DNA of 63,300 nt from Gemmatimonadales bacterium. GTDB lineage: Bacteria; Gemmatimonadota; Gemmatimonadetes; Gemmatimonadales; GWC2-71-9. The notes beneath the pieces are model-generated. The model was given only the letters and a program-made list of their open reading frames with translations. It was not told the DNA's origin and did no database searches. Shown here piece by piece: positions 19,664-28,581 of this stretch. A program made the position numbers and the translations under genes. The first letter of the stretch is position 1. Every line of letters begins with the position of its first letter. Location: the NCBI GenBank assembly GCA_035695405.1, contig DASSED010000179.1, positions 1-63,300 on the forward strand, read 5' to 3'.

Positions 19664-20839
19664 TTAAGGCGTCAGATCCATTGATTTCGACTTGGGCGTA
19701 TCCCCCGTGATCTCGGTGAAGGTGCGATCGGACGCTGAATCCACTCCCGATACCCGCAGCGCGAACTCGTTGGGGGTCGTGGAGTAGAAGAGAGCGCTTT
19801 CATACGAGATCACCCCATCCTTGTACCACTTCATCAAGGATTGGTCGAACGACTGCATACCATAGGACGTGGTGCCCTGGGCGATCAGATCGGGAATATG
19901 CAGCGCCTTTTCGATGTCTCTGATGTTCTCGGCGACGGTAGCGGTGTTGATCAACACCTCTGCCGCCGGGACCCGGCCCCGGCCATCGGCTCGTGGCACC
20001 AGCCGGAGCGAAACCACCGCTTGCAACGCGGTGGACAGGATCATGCGCACTTCTTGATGCTGATGCGGCGGATAAAAGGACAAGAGCCTATTGATCGTTT
20101 GGGCGGCATCGGTCGTATGGAGGGTCGAGAAGACCAGGTGACCGGTATCGGCGGCCTTGAGCGCCGTGTCGAGGGTTTCCATGTCTCGAATCTCACCCAC
20201 CAAGATCACGTCCGGATCCTGTCGCAGCACATGTCGAAGGGCCGAGGCAAACGAGAGCGTGTCGTTTCCAACCTCTCGCTGGGAGATGTTCGAGTTGACG
20301 TCCCGATGCAGAAACTCGATCGGGTCTTCGATGGTGATGACGTTGACCCGCCGATTCTGGTTGATGTGATTGATGAGGGAGGCGAGTGCGGTCGACTTGC
20401 CCGACCCCGTGATCCCCGTGACCAACACCAATCCCCGTGGCCGTAAGGCGATCTCCTCCAGGACCACCGGCAGATTCAGCTCGCGAACGGTCTTCACCTC
20501 GTAGGGGATGGCTCGAAAGGCAAAGGCCAGCGTTCCGCGCTGCTGGTAAATGTTGGTGCGGAATCGACCCACCCCGGGCACGCCGATGGCGAAATCAGCC
20601 TCCTTCCGCTCGGCGAACTCCTTCACCTGACGCGGCGTCATGATCTGCTCAGCCAGCGTCTTGAGATCCTCCGGCTTCAGCGGTGGCATCTCCAGCCCCT
20701 GAAGATCTCCGTTCAGCCGAATGGTCGGTGGGCGACCGACCTTCAGCAGCAGGTCGGACGCGTTCCGTTGGACCATCTGGGAGATTGTGTTCTTGAAGTT
20801 GAAGTTCGACTGAGACGGGGCCGCTTTGGCTTCAGCCAT
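19664..20839 (-). CDS. pilT: PilT-family type IV pilus retraction-type ATPase
   Basis: Walker [10 protein letters not shown], Asp box ITIEDPIEF, Walker [13 protein letters not shown], His box [11 protein letters not shown]. Trimmed to the ATG at 20839, which overlaps the accB stop by 8 nt. Confidence 0.9.
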   Translation of the reverse strand: MAEAKAAPSQSNFNFKNTISQMVQRNASDLLLKVGRPPTIRLNGDLQGLEMPPLKPEDLKTLAEQIMTPRQVKEFAERKEADFAIGVPGVGRFRTNIYQQRGTLAFAFRAIPYEVKTVRELNLPVVLEEIALRPRGLVLVTGITGSGKSTALASLINHINQNRRVNVITIEDPIEFLHRDVNSNISQREVGNDTLSFASALRHVLRQDPDVILVGEIRDMETLDTALKAADTGHLVFSTLHTTDAAQTINRLLSFYPPHQHQEVRMILSTALQAVVSLRLVPRADGRGRVPAAEVLINTATVAENIRDIEKALHIPDLIAQGTTSYGMQSFDQSLMKWYKDGVISYESALFYSTTPNEFALRVSGVDSASDRTFTEITGDTPKSKSMDLTP

Positions 20840-21368
20840 TGGGATCAACCCGGAAGAGAACCTGTCCGAACTCGACCGGCTGGGAGTCCTCGACCGAGAT
20901 TTCCCGCACCACACCAGCGACCTCGGCCTCGATTTCGTTCATGATCTTCATCGCCTCGATGATGCAGACGGTCTGCCCCGGTGTGACCCGGTTTCCCACC
21001 TTGATGTAGGGCTCCGCGCCAGGCTCCGGCGCCTTGTAGAAGGTGCCCACCATGGGCGATCTGATTTCCTTCAAGTGCGTGGCCGGCGGAGCCGCCCGGG
21101 TTGCGGCTTCCCGGTGATCGCCTTCGGACGCATGAACCGGGGGCGGTGGCGGGGAGACCGCCCCATGGGCCACGCTAGGGGGAGCCGGCACTGCCGTCCG
21201 AGTGATCACCACCCCGGTGCCGAACCAGCCCTTCACCTCGATCGAGCCAATCTCGGGGGTCTCGCGCAGCAACTGCGCCAGACGCTTCACATCCTTGAGA
21301 TCAATGGAATGAATGCCCGGCACGTTTTGCAGCAGCTCGGCGAGCTCCTGCATCTCCTGTGGGCTCAT
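20832..21368 (-). CDS. accB: Acetyl-CoA carboxylase biotin carboxyl carrier protein
   Basis: Biotinyl-lysine motif IIEAMKIMNEIEA, with a Pro/Ala linker before the lipoyl-like domain. ATGA overlap with efp. Confidence 0.93.
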   Translation of the reverse strand: MSPQEMQELAELLQNVPGIHSIDLKDVKRLAQLLRETPEIGSIEVKGWFGTGVVITRTAVPAPPSVAHGAVSPPPPPVHASEGDHREAATRAAPPATHLKEIRSPMVGTFYKAPEPGAEPYIKVGNRVTPGQTVCIIEAMKIMNEIEAEVAGVVREISVEDSQPVEFGQVLFRVDPNG

Positions 21369-21925
21369 ACGCGCGTGAGGTACTTGTCTTCGCGCCGATC
21401 GACCCGAATCACCTGACCCTCCTCGATGAAGAGCGGAACTTGCACTGTCGCTCCGGTTTCCAGAGTCGCCGGCTTGGTGCCGCCGGTGGCGGTGTCACCC
21501 CTGATGCCCGGCGCAGTTCGGGTGACGGTCAGCTCCACAAACGACGGCAGGTCGACCGAGATGACCCGGTCGTTGTGGACCAGTCCCTCGCACTCCATCC
21601 CCTCCTTGAGATACTTGAGCTGGTCCGGCCCGATCACCTCGTCCGTCAACATGATGTCGTCGTAGGTCTGCTGGTCCATGAAATGGTAAAAGTGCCCGTC
21701 GCCGTAGGAGAACTGGATCGGACGACGCTCCAAGCGTACGTCTGAGACCCGTTCTCCCGCCGTGTAGGTGCGATCGATCACAGCGCCGGTACGGACATTC
21801 TTCAGCTTGGTGCGTACAAAAGCGCCACCCTTGCCCGGTTTGACGTGCTGAAAGTACACAACCTGGAAGAGCTGCCCGTCTATCTCGAGCACCAGTCCAT
21901 TTTTGAAGTCGGCAGTGGTGGCCAT
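21365..21925 (-). CDS. efp: Elongation factor P
   Basis: 186 aa. Loop motif HVKPGKGGAFVRTKLKN and three OB/KOW-like domains. Confidence 0.97.
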   Translation of the reverse strand: MATTADFKNGLVLEIDGQLFQVVYFQHVKPGKGGAFVRTKLKNVRTGAVIDRTYTAGERVSDVRLERRPIQFSYGDGHFYHFMDQQTYDDIMLTDEVIGPDQLKYLKEGMECEGLVHNDRVISVDLPSFVELTVTRTAPGIRGDTATGGTKPATLETGATVQVPLFIEEGQVIRVDRREDKYLTRV

Positions 21926-21947
21926 TTTCTCAGAGAGTCGAGAGCCA

Positions 21948-22011
21948 GAGTCTAGGGTTCACCACGAAGCCGATCACTCACACCCGGCCTCTAGACCCTA
22001 GACTCTAGACT
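21948..22011. repeat. Three tandem CTAGAC[C/T] heptamers plus an inverted copy (11-bp inverted repeat) in the pepP-efp spacer
   Basis: ctagacc-ctagact-ctagact at 21991..22011. gagtctagggt (21948..21958) is the exact reverse complement of accctagactc (21995..22005). Confidence 0.6.
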
Positions 22012-22024
22012 CCGGTAGTTCCAC

Positions 22025-23113
22025 CTAAACCAGCTCCAGCAATTCCGTTCGCCCATCGGACAGTCGTTCCGGTCCGTCCTTCCCCAGGTACAGATCGTCC
22101 TCCAGCCGGATTCCGCCCCAGCCAGGAAAATAGACACCTGGTTCGACGGTGACCACGGCATCCGATGGCAGCGGCGCATCGGATGTGGGAGCCAGCCGGG
22201 GAGCTTCGTGGACCTCCAGCCCCAATCCGTGACCCAGCGAATGCCCAAATGCATCGCCAAATCCCCGGCCGGCGATCACATCGCGCGCCAGCGCATCGCC
22301 ATCCTTCGCCGGCATACCGGCCCGCAAGTGCTGGATCGCTCGTCGTTGGGCCGTCTGAACCAGGTCGTGCATGGCACGCTGCCGTTCGTCCGCCCGAGCT
22401 CCAACCACAACAGTTCGAGTCAGATCGGCGCAGTACCCGTCTACCTGCGCCCCGAAATCGAGCAAGAGCAGTTCCCCCGAGGCGATGGCCCGTTGGCTAG
22501 TTCGGGCATGGGGCAGCGCCGAACGAGGGCCCGAGGCGACGATGGTCGGAAAAGGGTGCCACTCACTTCCCCGCCGCCGGAGCGCGGCCTCCAGCAGCGC
22601 ACCAACCTCCGCCTCGGTCCTGCCCGGCCGCACCGCTGGCAAAACCTCAGCCAGGGCATCCTGTGCCAGGTTGGCGGCAGCGCGTATCGAGGCCACCTCT
22701 TCAGCCGACTTGCTGGCCCTCTGCCGTTCGATGAGCTCGGTTGTCGGAACCACTCGCCCGCGCGTCATGCCGCTCACCCGCTCAGCGTCCCGCACTGTCA
22801 GCACATGGGCTTCGATCCCCAGAGCCTCCGGCGGGGTTGCCGAGAGAAGCCGTCCTAGACGGTCCCAAACGCTTCGCTGGTCAATCTCTACCCGGGCGAT
22901 CGACCCCGCCTCGGTCATAGCCTGAGAGGAATAACGAAAGTCCGAGATCAACATTGCGGCGCCGGCATTGATCAACAACAGCGCCGCAGAGCCGGTAAAA
23001 CCAGTCAGGTAGCGGATGTTCGGAAGATGGGTGACCAGCATTGCATCCAGCCCCTCGGCCTCCAGTGCCAGCCTGAGGACCGATTGCCGCTCGAGCCTGT
23101 GGTCAACTGGCAC
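22025..23113 (-). CDS. Xaa-Pro aminopeptidase (M24B family)
   Basis: Pita-bread metal ligands [35 protein letters not shown]...IRLED. Confidence 0.88.
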   Translation of the reverse strand: MPVDHRLERQSVLRLALEAEGLDAMLVTHLPNIRYLTGFTGSAALLLINAGAAMLISDFRYSSQAMTEAGSIARVEIDQRSVWDRLGRLLSATPPEALGIEAHVLTVRDAERVSGMTRGRVVPTTELIERQRASKSAEEVASIRAAANLAQDALAEVLPAVRPGRTEAEVGALLEAALRRRGSEWHPFPTIVASGPRSALPHARTSQRAIASGELLLLDFGAQVDGYCADLTRTVVVGARADERQRAMHDLVQTAQRRAIQHLRAGMPAKDGDALARDVIAGRGFGDAFGHSLGHGLGLEVHEAPRLAPTSDAPLPSDAVVTVEPGVYFPGWGGIRLEDDLYLGKDGPERLSDGRTELLELV

Positions 23114-23540
23114 GCAGTCGCCCTACCAGCGCCTGCAGAGCCAGCAGATAACTTTGTGCCCCGAAGCCGGTGATCATTCCCAGGGCGAGATCTGCGATGA
23201 CCGAATGTCGTCGCTCCGGCTCCCGGGCGAAAATGTTGGATAGGTGCAGCTCGACAAAGGGGACCTTGACTGCCAGGAGCGCATCACGCAGGGCTAGGCT
23301 CGAGTGGGTCAGGGCGGCGGCATTGATCAGCGCACCGTCCGCCTGGCCTCGGAGTCCCTGGACCGCGTCGACCATTCCCCCCTCGTGATTGGTCTGAAAC
23401 CAGAAGATCTCGACTCCGAGCCGGCCGGCGGCCTCTCGAACCATGGCCTCGATCTCCGGCAGACTGGTGCGCCCGTACACCTCCGGCTCCCGCTGCCCCA
23501 GCAGGTTCAGGTTGGGGCCGTTGAGCACGGCAATCCGCAT
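23103..23540 (-). CDS. aroQ: Type II 3-dehydroquinate dehydratase
   Basis: [23 protein letters not shown] and [15 protein letters not shown] motifs. Confidence 0.94.
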   Translation of the reverse strand: MRIAVLNGPNLNLLGQREPEVYGRTSLPEIEAMVREAAGRLGVEIFWFQTNHEGGMVDAVQGLRGQADGALINAAALTHSSLALRDALLAVKVPFVELHLSNIFAREPERRHSVIADLALGMITGFGAQSYLLALQALVGRLRAS

Positions 23541-24980
23541 TCAGCGCTTCAGATTTTGCAGCCAGGACTGAAACTGATCCAGATCTTCTTTACTGGGCTC
23601 TGAGCTATCCGGAGACATCGACCCTTTGGTACCTGCTCCAAAGAAATCGTCAAAGGAGACAGCCGAATTCTTGGGCGTGGAGCGCCCATCCTGGTTTGAC
23701 CCCTCGGCTGGCGTCGTGGACCCGACCGGCCCCGATCCTTCCGGTGGTCGAGCCAGGAGCAGGACTTGGAAGAATTCAGCGACCGACTGGCCTTGGGTAT
23801 CCCGTGCGACATATGAACGACCCGGGGCCAATGGCTCATTCAGTGGTGCGGAGGCGGGAGGTGCCGGTTCCTGAGGTGGCGGGGCCTTCCTCGGCTGCGC
23901 CGGCTCTGGCTGGGGACGACGTTCCGCAGCGGCCCGATCCGAGGCTCGCCGCCCGGGACTCCGGGGTCGCGATGCATTGAGCTTGGCCGCAAGGTCCAGA
24001 AATTCTTGCGAGGCATCCGGAACAGTGAACTCGGAAGCGCCCGAGCTGCGGAGTACCACGTCCTGTTCCGTCTCAATTTCCACTCCCAAGGGCGAGCTAG
24101 GTGCCCGATCCTCCTCCGGGGGCACGAATTCGCTCGGAACCAGGCCTGAAACCGGCTCTGGCTTCTTAACCTCGTCCTGATCTCTGGCTGGCTCGGCCCG
24201 CTCAGGCTTGGCGGCCTCGGGGATCTCTGTATTGACCTTGGCGGCTTCGGGGGCACTGGATACCGGACTGTCGACCACCTTCGGAGCCGCCTCCTCCACC
24301 ATGGCAGGTTCCGACAATTCATCGGTCAGGTCGATTGGCTCGAGACCGGCAGCTTCTTTCTCGGCTGGCGCCCTGGCCGGCTCAGCCGCAGGCGGAGCCG
24401 ACGCAGACGCAGGCGCCGCAGATACAGCCGCAGATACAGGTTCCGTAGATACAGGTGCCGGAGGCTGAGGTGGCGCAGGCGGAGGTGCCGACGGCGATTC
24501 GGTGCTCGCGGTGTCCTTGGGCGACTCCGCGCCTGCCGCGGACTTCGCTGCCGCGCGGGCTCGCCGGCGACTCTGCTCTTTGAGGGTATCGAGATGCTTG
24601 AGTTGCTCTCGGGCTTCCTCGTTGCTGCGATCGACCGAGACCAGGCGCCGGAGCCAGCGCTCGGCATCCTCCAGCTTCTCCTGTCGCTCGTTGATATCCG
24701 CCAGGGACTTGAGGGCGATGACATTCTCGTCGTCGAGCCGTAGGACATGGTTGAACGCTTCCTCGGCGGCCGGCAGATCGCCGAGATCCTGGTGACACCG
24801 CCCGAGCACGATGCTGGCAGGGATGTAGTTGGGATGAAGCTCGAGTCCTATGCGGAGCAGCTCGAGCGCCCGGGTGACGTCTCCATTCTTGCGATGGACT
24901 TCCGCCAGAGGGGCAAATGTGAGCCCGTGCGGATTTTCGGCGTACCGGCGCTCCAGTTTTTCGATTTCGCTAGTGGCCAT
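23541..24980 (-). CDS. TPR-repeat protein with a long Pro/Ala/Glu-rich low-complexity tail
   Basis: About 130 aa of N-terminal TPR repeats, then about 330 aa of low-complexity sequence ending in DLDQFQSWLQNLKR. Coding-like GC3 throughout. Confidence 0.7.
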   Translation of the reverse strand: MATSEIEKLERRYAENPHGLTFAPLAEVHRKNGDVTRALELLRIGLELHPNYIPASIVLGRCHQDLGDLPAAEEAFNHVLRLDDENVIALKSLADINERQEKLEDAERWLRRLVSVDRSNEEAREQLKHLDTLKEQSRRRARAAAKSAAGAESPKDTASTESPSAPPPAPPQPPAPVSTEPVSAAVSAAPASASAPPAAEPARAPAEKEAAGLEPIDLTDELSEPAMVEEAAPKVVDSPVSSAPEAAKVNTEIPEAAKPERAEPARDQDEVKKPEPVSGLVPSEFVPPEEDRAPSSPLGVEIETEQDVVLRSSGASEFTVPDASQEFLDLAAKLNASRPRSPGRRASDRAAAERRPQPEPAQPRKAPPPQEPAPPASAPLNEPLAPGRSYVARDTQGQSVAEFFQVLLLARPPEGSGPVGSTTPAEGSNQDGRSTPKNSAVSFDDFFGAGTKGSMSPDSSEPSKEDLDQFQSWLQNLKR

Positions 24981-25003
24981 CGGATTCCGATATCAGGTCA
25001 GAA

Positions 25004-25047
25004 CGGTCGTACGACCGGGGATAGTACGGTGTTGGGGGAGTACGGTG
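25004..25047. promoter_or_regulatory. 14-bp perfect palindrome plus two 9-nt direct repeats in the divergent promoter region
   Basis: cggtcgtacgaccg at 25004..25017. agtacggtg at 25023..25031 and again at 25039..25047. All three share a GTACG core. Confidence 0.35.
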
Positions 25048-25168
25048 ACAGTAGTGGGCGTCGACCGGTGTGTCAACTGCTAACCAGAATGGCGCCTTGA
25101 GGTTCTGTGTCTTTGGCCTTAAGCTTCCGCCTCTTCGGAACCTTCTGTTCGGAGTCCTAGACCGTCCT

Positions 25169-26986
25169 ATGATGCAAGCCTTTCGCAACGCGGCCAAACC
25201 GCTCATGGTGGTGGTCGCGATTACTTTCTTTGCCTGGCTGGTGCTGGACCTCAGCGGGATCACCGGTGGCACCGGCCTGCTCACTCGCACGTCCGTGGGT
25301 AAGGTCAACGGACGCAGCATCGACGCCCGCACCTACCAGACGATCGTCCAGCAGTCGATCGACAATCGCCAGCGGCAGAACCCTGGCACCCTGGGCCTGG
25401 AGGACTATCAGGAGGTCCGGGACGAGGTTTGGGACCAGATCGTCCAGAATACTGTGCTTGATGCCGAGTATCGTCGGCGGGGCATCCAGGTCAGCGACGA
25501 CGAGATCGTTCAGGCTATGCGGAACTCTCCCCCGGCCGAGCTCCGCAATGTTCCCGAATTCCAGACCGATAGCCAGTTCGATCTGGCTAAGTACCAGCGA
25601 TGGCTTACCTCGAGTGTCGCCCAGCAGTACCTGCCCGCAATGGAGAGCCAGTACCGGGACGAGCTGCAGCGCTCCAAGCTGCTGCGGGTGGTCACGGCCG
25701 ACGTCTACCTGTCCGATGCCGCGCTGTGGGAGCGCTACCAGGATGAGCACGAGATGGTGAAGGTAGGCCTGACAGCGATCATTCCAGCGAATGCCGTGCC
25801 GGATTCAGCGATTCACCTCTCCGATGCCGAGATCGCCAAGTACTATCAGACCCATCGCGACGACTTCAAGCGGGGGCGTACCGCGTTTCTCAGTTACGTG
25901 GCTCTTCCCCGAGTTACCAACTCGAGTGACACCGCAGCAGCCCTCGCTCGGGCAGACTCGGCGCGGCGAGAGATCCTGGGTGGAGCGCCGTTTGCCGATG
26001 TGGCTCGCCGGGAGTCATCGGATAGCGCGACTGCGACCCGGGGCGGTGACCTCGGTGAGTGGACCAAAGGTTCCATGGATCCGGCGTTCGACTCGGCCGC
26101 GTTCAGTATCCCGTTGCATACAGTCTCGCAGCCAGTGCGCTCGCAGTTCGGGTTCCACCTGATCGAGATAACCAGTCGGACAGGGAATAAGGCCAAGGGC
26201 CGTCACATCCTGTTCCCCATCGAGGTGGCAGGCGAGCATCGTGACCGGTTGGACGCCCAGGCCGACAGCCTGGAGAAGCTGGGCGCCGAGCGCTCCGATC
26301 CGGCGGCACTCGACACTGTGGCTCGCGCGCTCCGGCTGCAGATCGGGAAATCGGATCCAGTGCAGCAGGGGACCAAAGTGCAACTCGGCCCCCTGGTCGT
26401 CCCCGACGCTGGGGTCTGGGCCTTTCAGAACAAGCGAGGCTCAACCAGCCCGGTGATTGAGACCTCGTACGCCTTCTACATTTTCCGCCTCGACAGCCTG
26501 CAGGAGGCCGGTGTGCCGCCGCTCTCCCAGGTCAAAGATGTGGTGGTTCACAACGCCCGGGGGCAGAAGAAGTGGGACCAGGCGCGTGCACTGGCTAAGG
26601 ACTACATGAAGCGAGTCGAGGGAGGCGCGAGCTTGGCCGACGCCGCCAAGACGATGCACCTCCCGTATAAGGAGTTTGGACCTTTCAGCCGAATCCAGCC
26701 TCCGCTCGCCGATCCGATTGTGGTCGGTACAGCCTTTGGACTCGAGGTCGGGAAGCACAGCGGGATTTTAGACACGAAGAACGGGATCTACGTTCTGGAG
26801 AGTCTCAGCCACACAAAGGCCGATTCCGCGGCATTCGCGAAAGGGCTCGAGGAATACCGGGCACGGGTGATAAACCTCGCGCGTCAGGAGCGGGTCCGAA
26901 ATTACATGACCTCACTCAGGAGCGCCGCCAAGATCGTGGATGACCGCGACAAGGTGCTGCAAACGACGGCGCAGCGCGGGGCATGA
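25169..26986 (+). CDS. ppiD: Periplasmic chaperone / peptidyl-prolyl isomerase PpiD-like
   Basis: N-terminal membrane anchor (KPLMVVVAITFFAWLV), SurA-N-like region, and a parvulin domain (...GGDLGEW...FGFHLIEI). Trimmed to the MMQAFRN start. Confidence 0.8.
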   Translation: MMQAFRNAAKPLMVVVAITFFAWLVLDLSGITGGTGLLTRTSVGKVNGRSIDARTYQTIVQQSIDNRQRQNPGTLGLEDYQEVRDEVWDQIVQNTVLDAEYRRRGIQVSDDEIVQAMRNSPPAELRNVPEFQTDSQFDLAKYQRWLTSSVAQQYLPAMESQYRDELQRSKLLRVVTADVYLSDAALWERYQDEHEMVKVGLTAIIPANAVPDSAIHLSDAEIAKYYQTHRDDFKRGRTAFLSYVALPRVTNSSDTAAALARADSARREILGGAPFADVARRESSDSATATRGGDLGEWTKGSMDPAFDSAAFSIPLHTVSQPVRSQFGFHLIEITSRTGNKAKGRHILFPIEVAGEHRDRLDAQADSLEKLGAERSDPAALDTVARALRLQIGKSDPVQQGTKVQLGPLVVPDAGVWAFQNKRGSTSPVIETSYAFYIFRLDSLQEAGVPPLSQVKDVVVHNARGQKKWDQARALAKDYMKRVEGGASLADAAKTMHLPYKEFGPFSRIQPPLADPIVVGTAFGLEVGKHSGILDTKNGIYVLESLSHTKADSAAFAKGLEEYRARVINLARQERVRNYMTSLRSAAKIVDDRDKVLQTTAQRGA

Positions 26987-27010
26987 CGCAAATGGGAGGT
27001 TACATAGACG

Positions 27011-27048
27011 AAGCCCCGGGACTGCTAGTCACCGGGGCTTTGTTTATT
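27011..27048 (+). terminator. Rho-independent terminator after ppiD
   Basis: aagccccgg...ccggggctt: a 9-bp stem extended by gact/agtc pairing, followed by tgtttatt. It sits between convergent ppiD and tatA. Confidence 0.65.
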
Positions 27049-27061
27049 CCAGCCTTCCCGC

Positions 27062-27310
27062 CTACTGAGACAGCCGTTTGGGCTCACCCGAGGTTGGACT
27101 GGGTTGCTGGGTGGCATCGGTTTGGCGCGGAGGAAGGGTGCTGCGATCATCGGGGCCCATGATAGCATCCTGAGTGTCCGAGATGCTCCGCTTGAATTCC
27201 CGAATGCCCTTGCCGATGGAGGAGCCCACCTCGGGGAGCCGCTTCGCGCCGAAGAGCAGCAGCACCACCAGCAAGATGAGCAGGATCTCCCACATGCCGA
27301 GATTACCCAC
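27062..27310 (-). CDS. tatA: Twin-arginine translocase subunit TatA/E
   Basis: MGNLGMWEILLILLVVLLLFGAKRLPEVGSSIGKGIREFKRS: the canonical TM helix, FG hinge and amphipathic helix. Confidence 0.92.
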   Translation of the reverse strand: MGNLGMWEILLILLVVLLLFGAKRLPEVGSSIGKGIREFKRSISDTQDAIMGPDDRSTLPPRQTDATQQPSPTSGEPKRLSQ

Positions 27311-27319
27311 AGGACCCCC

Positions 27320-27592
27320 CTAGAAAAGCGACCGCGCGATCAGGTAGGCCAGGAGCACTCCGATCAAGCTCAGAAGCGAGACTTGGAGGCCCACGGGCCC
27401 GAGGGTGAAGTTTACCACCAGCAGGTCCATGGAGATAGGTCCAAAGACCGGAGTGGCCGAGGTGGTGAAGAAGTCCCGGGCAGCGCTCTCCGGCAGCCAA
27501 CGCCGGAAAAAGGCCGATAAAAACCCTCCGACGATGAACCCGGCGATCAGCACGCCGACATAGAAGCGGGGCCGGTGCGGTCCACTTGGCAT
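27320..27592 (-). CDS. Small membrane protein (DUF4321-like by recollection)
   Basis: 90 aa with two hydrophobic segments. 1-nt overlap with the ispB stop and 9 nt upstream of tatA. Confidence 0.55.
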   Translation of the reverse strand: MPSGPHRPRFYVGVLIAGFIVGGFLSAFFRRWLPESAARDFFTTSATPVFGPISMDLLVVNFTLGPVGLQVSLLSLIGVLLAYLIARSLF

Positions 27593-28581
27593 TAGCGTCT
27601 ACGATCCAGAACGTAGGTGATGCTCGCCCGGAGTGCGTCGCGGGCAGCTGAGGCCGGGAGCAGATCCAGCTCCGCATCGGCTGCTTGGGCCAAATGGAGC
27701 GCCCGCTCCCGGGCGTACTCCAGGCCACCGACGCGGCTGACCGCCTCGATGACTTCGGTGATCTGCCGGTCCGTGGGCTCGGGCTCGTGCAGCAGCCGGG
27801 ACACGGCCTTTCGCTCACCCTCCAGCATTTTCGGAAGCGCCGCAATGAGGGGAAGGGTCACCTTGTGCTCCCGCAGATCAGACCCGAATGGCTTCCCCGT
27901 CACCGATGCGTCCTCGGTATAGTCGATCAAATCGTCCACGATCTGGAAGGCCATCCCAAGGGCTTCACCAAAGCGACGCAACGCGGCTCGGTCGTTGGGG
28001 GAGGCGCGAAGCGCACCGATCTCGCAAGCCGCCGAGACCAGCGATGCGGTCTTGGATCGGATCAGGAGATCGTACTGCTCTTCGGAGAACGCCAGCCGAT
28101 CATGCGCCAGCAGTTGGCGCATCTCTCCGACGGTCATTTCGTTGGTGACACGACTGAGGACTCTGAGCGGCTCCAGGTCGTCCAGTCCTACCAGCTCGAT
28201 CACGGCCCGGGAGTACAGGTAGTCCCCCATAATGACGGAGACCTGGTGGCTGAACAGCGCATTGATGGTAGGCATTCCTCGGCGCAAGACGGAGTGATCC
28301 ACCGAATCGTCGTGCACCAGCGTTGCGAGGTGGATCAGCTCGGTCACCGCTGCCAGAACCGTGGCGCGGGGGTCCCGGCCGCCGGTGGCTTCCTCGGCCA
28401 GGAGCAGCAGAGTGGGCCGGAACATCTTCCCCTGCATCTGAAAGAGGTGCGCGTTGACTTCGGTGATCAGGCCGAAATCAGCGGCGACGATCCGCCGGAG
28501 TTCCTGCTGAACCTGCTCCAGGCGAGGCTTGAGATGATGCTGGAGCGACGCCAGGGTCACCGGAACCGTCTGAGATGTCAC
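27592..28581 (-). CDS. ispB: Polyprenyl diphosphate synthase (IspB-like)
   Basis: First Asp-rich motif LVHDDSVDHSVLRRG and second motif FQIVDDLIDY. GTGA overlap with the upstream TPR gene. Confidence 0.88.
   Translation of the reverse strand: MTSQTVPVTLASLQHHLKPRLEQVQQELRRIVAADFGLITEVNAHLFQMQGKMFRPTLLLLAEEATGGRDPRATVLAAVTELIHLATLVHDDSVDHSVLRRGMPTINALFSHQVSVIMGDYLYSRAVIELVGLDDLEPLRVLSRVTNEMTVGEMRQLLAHDRLAFSEEQYDLLIRSKTASLVSAACEIGALRASPNDRAALRRFGEALGMAFQIVDDLIDYTEDASVTGKPFGSDLREHKVTLPLIAALPKMLEGERKAVSRLLHEPEPTDRQITEVIEAVSRVGGLEYARERALHLAQAADAELDLLPASAARDALRASITYVLDRRR

Noticed and set aside
21991-22011. Tandem heptamers as a CRISPR or minisatellite array
   Set aside because: There are only three 7-nt units with no spacers, far too short for CRISPR. 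I kept it as a possible regulatory repeat instead.
24380-24480. Nucleotide-level short tandem repeats (gcagatacag..., ggcgc/ggagg runs) and similar runs in 29150..29300 and 40440..40620
   Set aside because: They encode Pro/Ala/Val/Ser low-complexity protein segments inside intact ORFs (the TPR proteins and the TolA linker). They are not independent repeat elements.
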